Virus record (IMG/VR): IMGVR_UViG_3300008107_000019
Span: 1-64,000 of that record
Length of the DNA: 64,000 nt
Origin: a virus
Direction: 5' to 3' (one strand)
Below are positions 9,318 to 20,100 of the stretch, one piece after another (the stretch's first letter is position 1; each line of letters begins with the position of its first letter). Below the pieces are notes generated by a model. It saw only the letters and a list, made by a program, of their open reading frames with translations. It was not told where the DNA came from and made no database searches. Made by a program: the position numbers and the translations under genes.

Positions 9318-10389
9318 ATGGCTCTACCTGGCGTTAAAACAATAGTACTTTATGGTTCCTCTCCCAAGCAACACAGTCTTTAATCATAGTAGTGGCACAG
9401 CTACTTCTGGTGGCTCAGATGTGTTTGATGACGCATTTGCTGCAGCTGAAGTTTCTATGCCAGACATTATCGTCCCCTGGGGTAGAGGTGGTGTAACATC
9501 AGACTGGCAAGATCCAGCTACTCCAAGCGATGACGTTGAGTATGGCTTCCATGCCGACAACACCGCAACAGTAGCAAATAACTGGGCATACAAGGTTGCA
9601 AATAAGGTCAAGTCAATTAGCGAAAATACAAATCCATGTGTTGCCGTTATGGGCATCAGACCATGGATTGGCTCCGGAGCAACACCTGCAACAGCAGAAG
9701 TTATGACCCCAGCAAATGTATCTAGCCACCTTGCTCTTTCTCGTCTACCAGACAAGAATGCAGTCAGCGGTTCGGCTTATATTTGGGGCGGAATCGGCAG
9801 ATACGTTGTTGTTATTGCTGCTGAAGTAAAGCCAGTAAATTACAGCTCAGAAAACTACAGTGACTTTGGTTATGCAAATGGCGCAACAACTTTTGCTGCA
9901 TCAATAAGCAGAATGGCTTCTTATGTAAGCCCAGTTAACAAGACTGTTTTCAACGTAACAAGACTTCGTTACAATCCAACAAGAACACAGCTTTCTAACG
10001 AAAGCAATACCGGCGTTGCCGACAAGGGCGTAAACGCAATTGTTCTTAACTTCAACAAGATTCCAGTATATGCAGAAGGCATGACATTTGCTCCTGCTAC
10101 CTCAGATTACAACAGAATTTCTACCTCAAGAATTATCAATGAGGCTTCTCTTGTAGTTCGCCAGGTTTGCCAGAAGTTTATTGGAGAGCCTTCAACAATG
10201 CAAGTTCGTAACTCGATGGAAACAGCTATTACATCGGGTCTACGTGGCATGCAGCAGCTTGGAGCACTTCTCGACAGTGACTTTACAGTAAGTTACATTC
10301 CAAGCGAGAACAAGGCCCTAGTTGACCTAGTGCTAACACCAGCCTTTGAACTCAAGTCAATTGAAGTTCAAATAGCAGTTAATCTATAA
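9318..10389 (+). CDS. major tail sheath protein (5' end out of frame, probably missing a segment)
   Basis: ATG 9318 gives MALPGVKTIV, a typical sheath start, but stops at 9383. The body (9352..10389; SPVNK, YNRISTSRII, FIGEP, LTPAFELKSI) is in the +1 frame. Confidence 0.8.
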
Positions 10390-10417
10390 TATACAAATAC
10401 GATAGGAGGGTACACAG

Positions 10418-11107
10418 ATGCCTACAGGCGAGTACTACGATTCACCGGTTAACAAATACCTTAATACTTACACCACTTTCTCTGGAGCAGACATTGTTGC
10501 CACATTTGGCGGTAAAGAGATTGGTGCACTTTCAGGTATTACTTTCTCGGTCACAAGAGAAAAAGCACCAATTTACACCATGGGTTCGCCAAACCCAAGG
10601 TCATTCTCCAGAGGTAAAAGAGGTATCGCTGGTTCATTGATTTTCACAGTCTTTGACCGCCCAGCTCTTTATACCATGCTCGAGACTCATCATGGCACTT
10701 CTCAGGACATGAAGTTCTGGACAAGATCAAGCAACACACTTCCAGGTGATCCTTCACACAGAAGAGGTATTGCTGAGTTTGACGACCAAACAAGAGACGT
10801 TGTAAGTAAGGTTCCTTACTATGCAGACCAAATTCCACCATTTGATATTACAATTACCTTTGTCAACGAATATGGCCAAGGTGCTGTAAGATCAATTTAT
10901 GGCGTAGAGCTTCTTAATGAGGGTTCTGGCGCTTCGATGGACGACATCGTCATTGAAGAAACAATGACCTACGTTGCCCGCGAAATTGGTCCTATGTACA
11001 CCATCTCTAACTCACAGTTGAGCAGATTTGGCGGTAGCTTGTCAGACATCATTTCTAAGGATGCAGTAACCTCAAGCGGTCTAAATTCAGAAATAATTAG
11101 ACCTTAA
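10418..11107 (+). CDS. major tail tube protein
   Basis: Follows the sheath with AGGAGG RBS; TTFSGADIVATF...SVTREKAPIYTMG...RGKRGIAGSLIF...PPFDITITF; followed by a terminator. Confidence 0.75.
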   Translation: MPTGEYYDSPVNKYLNTYTTFSGADIVATFGGKEIGALSGITFSVTREKAPIYTMGSPNPRSFSRGKRGIAGSLIFTVFDRPALYTMLETHHGTSQDMKFWTRSSNTLPGDPSHRRGIAEFDDQTRDVVSKVPYYADQIPPFDITITFVNEYGQGAVRSIYGVELLNEGSGASMDDIVIEETMTYVAREIGPMYTISNSQLSRFGGSLSDIISKDAVTSSGLNSEIIRP

Positions 11108-11130
11108 TTAAGGTTAAGTCTTAACAGCTT

Positions 11131-11175
11131 AAGCGTGGAGGATGACTAGTTTGTCCTCCACGCTTTAGTTTTTTT
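11131..11175 (+). terminator. rho-independent terminator
   Basis: 12-bp stem AAGCGTGGAGGA/TCCTCCACGCTT followed by a T7 tract. Confidence 0.85.
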
Positions 11176-11184
11176 CGGGGTAAA

Positions 11185-11910
11185 ATGTACAAAGATATAG
11201 AAAAGCTTAAAATTGAGCAAAGAAAAGTAGTTGACTACGCCAATCAGGTAGAGTCAGTTAGAAGAGAAAAGGGTCTTCCAGATCCATTCTCAAACATGTC
11301 ATTTGCTGGCGTTGACATTCAAGCAACAATGGTCTTGCCAAGAATAGGTGACCAAACTTCAAGCGATGAAGGTGACTTTATTGAGCTTGGAGAACTTCAA
11401 ACAATATCATATTCTATACACAGAGAAAATAGTCCAGTAAGAACATTGGGTCACGTTAATCCAAGAGGTTTCGTAAAAGGTTCAAGAACTATAGCTGGAT
11501 CTTTAATATTTACAGTATTCAATGAATACGCTTTTTATAGAATTAAAGAATTTAAAAAAGCATTATTGGAAAGAAATTATGCTCCACTAGCAGACATGCT
11601 TCCTCCTTTTGATATTGTTTTAACATTTTTTAATGAATACGGATTAGCTGCTAAAATGAAGATTTTTGGAGTTACTATAGTAGACGAAGGTCAAACAATG
11701 TCGGTTGACGACTTGATTACAGAACAGACCTACACTTATATGGCCAGAGGCTTGCAGCCATTAATGCACTTGGATCCAGCTGAAGATAGAAATATTTATT
11801 CTAATAATCCAGATGATTTAGCAAAACAAGCTTTAGATATATCTACTAATTTTTTTGGTGATAGAGTAGAATTATATAAGAACTTTATTAACTCAAGGAT
11901 AGCTAACTAA
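11185..11910 (+). CDS. tail tube paralog
   Basis: SFAGVDI...ISYSIHRENSPVRTLG...GSRTIAGSLIFTVF...PPFDIVLTFFNEYG aligns closely with 10418..11107. Confidence 0.75.
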   Translation: MYKDIEKLKIEQRKVVDYANQVESVRREKGLPDPFSNMSFAGVDIQATMVLPRIGDQTSSDEGDFIELGELQTISYSIHRENSPVRTLGHVNPRGFVKGSRTIAGSLIFTVFNEYAFYRIKEFKKALLERNYAPLADMLPPFDIVLTFFNEYGLAAKMKIFGVTIVDEGQTMSVDDLITEQTYTYMARGLQPLMHLDPAEDRNIYSNNPDDLAKQALDISTNFFGDRVELYKNFINSRIAN

Positions 11911-12939
11911 ATGCCGGAACAGCAATACAATAGAGCTCCATACAGGCCCTTTACTGCATATCTTCCAAGAAACTTAAAGGAAGGTGAAAACTTTTTTGAT
12001 CCCCTAAATCAAGCTATAGATTTAGAATGGGGTGGAACAAGAACTGATGAAAAGTTTAATAGTTATTTTGACTACTTCTTTTCAGGAGAAGATGTCAAGG
12101 TATACATAGATGGTCTTTTTGATGAAAAATACGAGATGGATATTGCATCAATGGCTTTCGTTATCAAGCAGGAAAAACAGCCTCTCTACGGATTCTGGTC
12201 ATATAACTATGATGCCGTTATGATGGGCACCAGATTGATTACTGGCGAATTGTCTATCTATTCCAGGTACCCAAGAAGAATGACAGATCTTCTAGAAGAG
12301 GCTGCTAGAGTGAGAATGGAAAGTTCTAGTTCCAAGCCTTCATCAGCAGTAATGAGTTCATTAGGAAATTCTACCGATCAAGCTAGAAAAGACGATGAAA
12401 TAAATATACAAAAATATTGGCTTAACTCAGAACTAGACAGAGTCACATCAGATCCTATGGCTAGATCTCTAGTAGAAAACCAAGGTGCTGGTCACAATAT
12501 ATTTAGCGCTCATCCACCATTTAATCTTGTTGTCTTTTATGGAACAGAAGAAGTTGCTATAACAAATAATAAAGTAGTTACATATGATTCTTCTAACTCT
12601 ATTAATCGACAATTAAATTCTGATAGAATTTTAGCAACAGACTACAATGAAAGAAAGACTTTGAATAGTCCATCTAGTCCTATGAAGTTAGTGCTTCAGA
12701 ATATTAATTTAATGTCAATGACCACTTCCTATACAAGTGGGGGTCAACCTCTAGTTGAAAACTATCAATTTATGGCTAGAGACATGTATTTTACCGACGC
12801 AAGAATAGGCGACAACGCCGTTACCGGCCAAAGAGTCACAGTGCCTGATGAGACTGAAAAAGAATTTACAACTCAAAATTCAACAACTCAAACTGTTGTT
12901 TCTGGTGTAAAATTTACAGGCGGAGATTATACAGCTTAA
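11911..12939 (+). CDS. divergent tail tube paralog (tube initiator-like)
   Basis: FFSGEDV...KQEKQPLYG...GTRLITGEL...PPFNLVV...ENYQFMARD keeps the same motif order as the tube protein. Confidence 0.65.
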   Translation: MPEQQYNRAPYRPFTAYLPRNLKEGENFFDPLNQAIDLEWGGTRTDEKFNSYFDYFFSGEDVKVYIDGLFDEKYEMDIASMAFVIKQEKQPLYGFWSYNYDAVMMGTRLITGELSIYSRYPRRMTDLLEEAARVRMESSSSKPSSAVMSSLGNSTDQARKDDEINIQKYWLNSELDRVTSDPMARSLVENQGAGHNIFSAHPPFNLVVFYGTEEVAITNNKVVTYDSSNSINRQLNSDRILATDYNERKTLNSPSSPMKLVLQNINLMSMTTSYTSGGQPLVENYQFMARDMYFTDARIGDNAVTGQRVTVPDETEKEFTTQNSTTQTVVSGVKFTGGDYTA

Positions 12940-12959
12940 CTGTTTAAAATATAGAATTA

Positions 12960-12968
12960 TGATATAAT
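12960..12968 (+). promoter_or_regulatory. extended -10 promoter (TGnTATAAT)
   Basis: TGATATAAT in the intergenic gap before AAGGAG/ATG 13003. Confidence 0.55.
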
Positions 12969-13002
12969 TAGCGTAATAATCCAATGCGCAAAAGGAGAAA
13001 AA

Positions 13003-13503
13003 ATGTCAAATGAAAAAAAGGTGGTAGTTACTACCGATGAGGTTACAAAAGAGGAACTTGGTGTAGATGAATATCAGGTTTTGTCTTTAGAGGACGATGA
13101 AGCCATTGAGGAAGCTCAGGGTATGACTGTTGAGGATCTTGACGACAACGAAGAGATCTGGGATGGCGGACCAACAGCTGGTCAAATCAAACAGTGGAAG
13201 TCCATGTTTGGTGATGTTTATGTAACATCAATTACTTTCGATAAGCATATTGTTTGGAGAACTCTAAACAGAAATGAATATAAGCAGTTAGTTAAGAAGA
13301 TGGAGCAGCTTGTTCAAGCTGGACAGATGTCTACTGCAGAAGCAAATCTTTGGAACGAAGAGGCAATTACTGAGATTTGCTTACTCTTTCCAGCTTATGA
13401 CAAGATCGCTTTGTCAAATGAAATGGCTGGATTGCCATCACTTTTGTCTCAAGAAATACTTGAAGCCTCTGGCTTCGTTGCACTTGAGGTCCGTCAGTTA
13501 TAA
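13003..13503 (+). CDS. tail assembly chaperone
   Basis: Acidic protein between the tubes and tape measure; WRTLNRNEY...AGLPSLLSQEILEASGF. Confidence 0.65.
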   Translation: MSNEKKVVVTTDEVTKEELGVDEYQVLSLEDDEAIEEAQGMTVEDLDDNEEIWDGGPTAGQIKQWKSMFGDVYVTSITFDKHIVWRTLNRNEYKQLVKKMEQLVQAGQMSTAEANLWNEEAITEICLLFPAYDKIALSNEMAGLPSLLSQEILEASGFVALEVRQL

Positions 13504-13506
13504 TCT

Positions 13507-14133
13507 ATGGATAATGAAGTTCTTTTAGAACTTAAGCAGCAATACGGTCCCCTTTACGCAGTCAATGTAAAGGGGACTGATTTGTTATTTAGAGAATTGA
13601 CATTTGCAGAGTTTGATAAGATATCTTTAATTGGCTCAGCGCAAGGTTTTTCTTCAGCCGACGCAGAAGATGAAATTCTTAAAACTACAATTGTTTATCC
13701 AGAAAATTTTGATATATATAGAATTCCCGCAGGAATGGTCTCATCTATTGCCCAAGAGGTTCTAGACGCCTCAGGCTTCCAGTCGGCAAGAGTTGCAAAA
13801 GCTATCTTAGAATCAAAAAGAGAAATAGCTAGTGAAGTTAGATCATTAATGAAAGCCTTTGTTTTGGCTACTATAAGTACATACTCACCAGAAGATTTAG
13901 ATAATATGACCTTTTCTCAATTGGCAGAAAGGGTTGCTCTAGCTGAAAAAATTATAGAAATAAAACAAAATATTAATGGAATTGATTCAACAAATATTAA
14001 GTTAGAGCTAATCGATCCAGAAGAAGAAATGCAAAAAGAACGAGCAAAAGCTGCCAACTACAATGCTTCAAGAAAGCAAGGCGAAGCAGCATACGAAGAT
14101 CCCGTTGCCAGAAAGCTTTGGGGGGCAATGTAA
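13507..14133 (+). CDS. tail assembly chaperone paralog with C-terminal extension
   Basis: FRELTFAEF...AGMVSSIAQEVLDASGF aligns with the preceding gene, plus about 115 extra residues. Confidence 0.65.
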   Translation: MDNEVLLELKQQYGPLYAVNVKGTDLLFRELTFAEFDKISLIGSAQGFSSADAEDEILKTTIVYPENFDIYRIPAGMVSSIAQEVLDASGFQSARVAKAILESKREIASEVRSLMKAFVLATISTYSPEDLDNMTFSQLAERVALAEKIIEIKQNINGIDSTNIKLELIDPEEEMQKERAKAANYNASRKQGEAAYEDPVARKLWGAM

Positions 14134-14146
14134 ATTGGGAGGATAA

Positions 14147-17100
14147 ATGTTTAGGGACAAAGGACCTATTCATAATTTAGGACACGGAGTTTCCTCCAGG
14201 GACATGCCATCCAGGGAGGGTGAAACAGAGACGCCTAGTCCTAACTCTGGCTATGTAGCTAAGGCTTTAGATGCGCATCCTATGATGCGTTTTTTTGCAT
14301 CTGCTGGTACAGCAATGCTCGTCACTACTGTGGCATCAAGGTTAACTAAGTCAGGTGGACTTAAGTTAGGTCAAGCTCTACAAAAGTCATCAGATGCTGC
14401 GATGGGCGCAGGTAGAACTGATGCGTTATCAACAAGAGCAATTAGAAGCATTACTGAGATTAGAAAAGAGTTAGATAATCTTAGTGCTCTTCATAGAAGT
14501 ATTGATGGCGTTGATGATCCATATCTAAAAGCTGTTTATGAAGTTGATGGAAAATTAACCACTGGTTATAATCCAACTCTTGGTAGAAGAAAATTCTTTA
14601 GACCATTAAGTCAAGATGGAGCCAGAAGTTCTGCTAGAGGTTTAACTTCTGAATCAGCAGAAGCTTGGACAATGAGAGATGAGCTTCAGGTAAGGCTTAT
14701 TAAAGCGGCAAGAAGAATGCCGTACGAATTACCTGCTCTTTATGTTACGCAAAAAGCAGTTACTGAACCTTTATTTGGCCAGAATCAAGAAAAGAAAAGA
14801 CTAAATTGGTACAACCCAGCTGACGTTATTGCCGACTTCGTAAAGCAGTCAACAATGAACGTTGCAACAATGGTTCTTCCGTTTGAAGCAGTAGGGGCAG
14901 CTGGAGCAGCTGGAAGAAGTTCACTAACAACTCTTGCTGGGTCAATGAATGACCTTAGGGCATTGTCTCCAATTCAAAGAAAAGCAGCTAATGCAGCCAT
15001 AGACATGAGATCACTTCTTGCTGAAGTTGGGCATGATATAGCTGATATTACAAATAAAGCATTAAAAGTTTCTTCTCAAACAAGCGGTGCTTTTGCTGCT
15101 GGAGTTTCAGAAGCAAAGAATGCTCAACCTGAATTTGTTCAAGCATTAAGAGCTGCTAGACACGGAGCCAAACAAGCAGTTCAAGATATGGCCAATGCTG
15201 ACAGGTCTAATAGACTAAAGGTAATGACCGCAAGGGCAAGAGGATTTTTCACAGGAACCACTGATGAGGGAATAGGAGTATTAGACGTAGTTCCTTCTTT
15301 CAGGGGTACTGGAGTAGGAATAGCAGCTGCTAAAAATCAATTTAAATCATTAGGCGTTGCTCATGATGTTATTTCAGGAAAGCTTACAAGAGAACAGGCT
15401 TTAGGTAGACTAACTCAAAAATTTGGATACTCAACCGACGATGCATTTACTACAGCATTAAATGAAAATGCAAGTAGATTAAAGCTTAGAGGTCTTAACG
15501 CGACTTCTGCTGATGAAGTATTAACAAAAGCAATCAACGCAGTTCAATCTCAGCACTCTAGTAAACTCACTAGATTAAGTCAAGATTTTTATAGACTTGG
15601 TGCAGGTGGACCAAATTCAGATAGATTTAAGGGTAGTGAATTTTATCAAAGATCTTTAGAGGATGAATATAAAGATCAGCTGTCAAAACATCTTGTAAGA
15701 GCAAAGGGTGTAGACCAAAAAGCAGCGGATAACTTTGTTTCACAAATTAAAATCAATCAACTTCCATCAAGAAGAGAAGCTTCTGAAGTTACAAATAGAA
15801 TATCTTTAGGTAGAAAAAAGCAATTCGCTGATGCTGGAGAAGACACTTTTTTTGATGACATTCTTGAAAGATTTAAAGGAATTAAAGGCGGCAAAGATTT
15901 TCAAGCTGCAATTGGATCAGGTAATGCACTAAAAGATTCTATAGAAGAAGTTGATAAACTTTTTGTATCTGAAGAATTTAGAAGATCTCTTCATGAAAAA
16001 ATAGCCAGTAGATGGAATCAATTTAGAGTTGGTTCAATGCCCGAAATTGCTTCAGACGTTTTGAAGCCAGCAAAACAAAGCTATTTAGATTTTATTGGTC
16101 CAATTTCTGAAAGTAAACAAACTTTCTTACAGAGAAAAACAGCACAAACTCTTGGTATATCTTTAGTTCAAAAAGATGGAAGAAGAATAACTCAGTCTGT
16201 TCTTGAGTCTAAATTAACTGGACAAGGATTTGATCCAACAGACTTTAGTTACATGAGAGATTTCTTATTAAATCAAAGAAAACTTTCAACAGGATTTTTT
16301 GGTGGAGGAACAAATCTCCTTGGACTTAGACCGCTTCTTGTCGATGAAGGTGTTGAAAGAGGTCTGTTTAAATTCATGCCAGAAGAGCAGCAGGCTTCAA
16401 TTAGGCAGCTTGCTTCTACTCAGGCAACATTTGATCCAGTAACTGGCGGACTTGGTGCAGCTACCCAGACAATGGGTAGAAGCGCAATAGGTGGAGTATT
16501 CCAAACGAGATCTGGTGAAATACTTGACTTTACAAAAGTTACAAGTATGCTTACAAAAGCAAAAGATTTTATTGCTTCCGACTTTAGAATTCCAGTTGTT
16601 GGATTCAATCCAGCAGACTTAATGGGAAATAGATCTTTAAGAGATATAAGAAATTCTCCCGTTCTACAATATGTTTCATCTAGATCTGTTCAACCATTTG
16701 TTCCTCAAACAGAAGTAAGACCTGATTTCTTTATTCTTAATAGAGTAAAAGGAACTAAAGGAACTCTTAGATCTTTTACCTCTGATGAATCAGGTAGATT
16801 AACTACCTCAAAACTATCTGGTCTATATAGAGCTGCGCCTTCAGCTAGTACTGAAATCTTTTCTAGGGAGGCAAGAAATGCAGCAGGATTAGCTGGAGAA
16901 AGAGTAGACACCCTTGGTGGTCAGGCGCAAAGGTTTGCAAGATTTAAACGAATTTTTGATGTTGATCCAGAACAACCAAACTCTTTATTTAGATTAGCTT
17001 CTAGGTTTAGAAATAGAAACTCAGACATAAGAAACCCAAGAGTATTATCTGATTTACTTTCTAGTGAAAATAATACAATATCTTATAAGACTGCAAAAGG

Positions 17101-20100
17101 AACAAAAACATTAAAACTTACTGGTCTTGGAGATGAAGGGTCAGCTCTTTCTGTAGTAGATGAAACTGGAAGTCAAGTTTACAGTCAATCACAGGTGCTT
17201 AGCGCAGTAGAATCTTTTAGAAAGAGAATCTTTAATTACAACATTAATCAAAGGGTAATGAAAGAACTTGAAGATGTTTCTCCAGGTCTATTTAGTTCTA
17301 CTTCCGGTGTAAGAGCTAGTCAAATAAATACGGTTCAAGACGTTAGGTCTGCAGTTAGATATCTAGCAGAAGAACAAGGTCAAGCATATGCTCAAATTAG
17401 AGGATCTGGAATGGATCCTCGTCAGCTTTCAAAGTCATTCTCTCGACTCCAGGGTTACATGGATGAAACTCAGTTTGATGTTGAAAGAGCTAGCTCAGAA
17501 GTATTTAGATACATAGCACAAAGAAACCAGATGCTAAGGCAAGCAATGCCAACTGCATCAAGAACAGTCAACGCAACTGATGACATCTTTACTCAGATTG
17601 AAAAGGTAACAAGACAACTTCAATCAGAAGGAAAGATAGGCATAGACGCAGCAGTAGAGGCTAGAGCTTTTGGTGTTGCAACACTTTTTAACTTTAGCGC
17701 ATTTAGTACTCACCAAGGTGCTCGCAGTATTACGCAAAATGCATCTAGTGCACTTAATAGAGTCGTATCAAGTGCAACTGAAAATGAATCAGTAAGAAAA
17801 CTATTTAGCGAGTTTACCAGAGGCAATACATCGATGGTTGGCACGACCATCAGACGACCTGCTTCTAGAATGTTGCCAGCTTTAAATAGAAAATTTGGAA
17901 CTGCACCATATGAAATAAATGATCTTTCAACAAATGTTCTTGGTAGCGGACAACAATACACAATGATACCAACTTTTGGTACTGTGTTTGCAAGAAATCC
18001 ATTAAGCGCAATAAAGAGCGCAGCTGGAATAGGGACATATAAAAATCCTGAAGCCTTTTCTACTGGATCAATTCCAACAGCTCATATTTTTGGAAGATTA
18101 AATAAATACTTTGGTACGTTTGGTCTACAGTTAGATCAGTCTAAATACGGTGGTCCAGTTGACCTTTACATGAGGGGAATGGTTGGCAAGAGGGTTCTTC
18201 CAATTACTGCAGCTGGCGCAACATTTATGGCCGTTGATCGCACAATAGGTGGCGCAGTAAATGAAAGAGATGAAAGAGGAGAAAGGGTTTATTCTCCATT
18301 CTTTACAACAAAATTAGCACGCGCTGCAGTCGAAGGTCAGTCTATAGGTGCGGGATTAGTTCCAGGTGGAATGTCCTATGAGGAAAAGAAAGATCAATTA
18401 TTAAATGGCGAAGTTGCAGTTAGACAAGGTAGATACTGGCCATTAGGAACTACGCCATTTAAAGGTGGCAAAGTACTTTATTATAGACCTTCGTACTACA
18501 GAAAACTAGCAGAAGGAACTGGTTTAACTTCTGATTCATATTCTTCTCCAGCTGAAAAATTAGCTTTTGGTTACGACTTCTCTCCATTAAGACCATTTGA
18601 TCCATATAGATTTGAAAGAGAAAATTACTACGATAGACCATATCCAGTAACTGGTGAATACTTTACTGGACCATTTGGTCCGGCAACTTCTTTGGCTAAC
18701 TTGACAGTAGGTAAAATACTTAAGCCACAAATGACAATGCATGAAAGCGAAGTTGCAGCAGGACTGGCTTCGTATGTTCCTGCTGGAGTATCTGGCGCAT
18801 ACAATGCTCAAGGTTTAATAGATTCTGGTAAAGCGTCTCCTGTTATGGGAGCAACAGGAAATATAGTTTCTTTAAATGCAGCCAGTGGTGGTTATTTTGG
18901 TGCTGGAAGTCAAATAGGAAGATACAACAATGCTCTATCGGCAAATGCTGGAGCAATGGCTACTGCAAGTAGGTCTGTAACAAATCAGATTGGTGGATAC
19001 AATAACCAATTATCTAATGCTGCTGCAGCTGGTCCAGGTACACCGCTATCTCCAATAACATACGGTCCTCCAAAGGTTCCTGGAATTATTCCTCCATCAA
19101 TAGTTCCTGCAGGGGCTCCAATATCAACTGGATCAATTCCGTTTCAAGCAAGTGAACTAGGATATAGATTACAAGAAACAGCTGGTATATATGGCTTTGC
19201 ATTTGGATCTTTAAGAGAAGGTCTTGGCTTTGGAAGTCAAGATATGTCACCTCAAGTTTCTGCTTTGCAGTCGGCATCAAAGGGTTATGGTTCAACTAGA
19301 GCTTTCTGGGATCTTAACTTAGGTGGTCTTGGTGACGTTCCAATGGCTGGAGAAGGTTCCCTTGGAAATATTGAAGTTTCTGAAATTGTAAGAAGATTCA
19401 TTCCAAAAGAAAGAACAGACATTAACTATGTTAACCCGATTAGAAATACAATGGGTCAGCAGTACCCATTCCTTCCTGGTTCAGATTACTTTATAAACTT
19501 TAAAACTGGTGATCCATTTACAAAGGTTCAAGAAGGAGAAATTAGATTACCTGGTGCAGGCTACGAAAGATTAAATACTTTATATGGAGATGAAACTGGA
19601 AGATATGGTCGAGTAAATCAACTTGATATATTGGCAGATGTTGCCCCTTATTCTAAAGAATTTAGATCGCTCAATAGAACTATAAAAATGGGCGATCTTT
19701 CTCCAGCAGAAAGAATAAAGGTTCAAGAAATTAGAGGTCAAGTAGAAGATACAACTACAAAATATGAATTTTCTGCCTATAAATATAAAGGCACTTCTGC
19801 TGAAGACTTAGGAATGAACCCAACAATTCATGCATTCAGTAGGGCCGGAGAATTCATAGCCCACAGAGACACTTTCTTTAATACAAAATTTCTAAATAGA
19901 AGAACTGCTACTGAAGACTGGGAAAGAAGAAATGTTTATGGAGCAACGTTCCCAGAATGGCAGAGGCCATATGAAAGCTTTATAGAGCCAATGGTCAATA
20001 AGGCTTCTCAAAGAGATCCACTTAGCGCCACAATTGCTATGGCAGCAGCTGGTTCATTCTTTGGAAGAACTGCTACAGCAAAAACAGTAGGTTCTCTTGT

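Noticed and set aside
11101-11125. Palindrome ACCTTAATTAAGGT and small hairpin after the tube gene
   Set aside because: Single AT-rich instance beside a terminator; no second copy seen to support an operator.
13501-13509. Readthrough of TAA between the in-frame chaperone genes
   Set aside because: In-frame TAA-ATG junctions also occur at 11910, 41294 and 48347, and the second gene is a full paralog.
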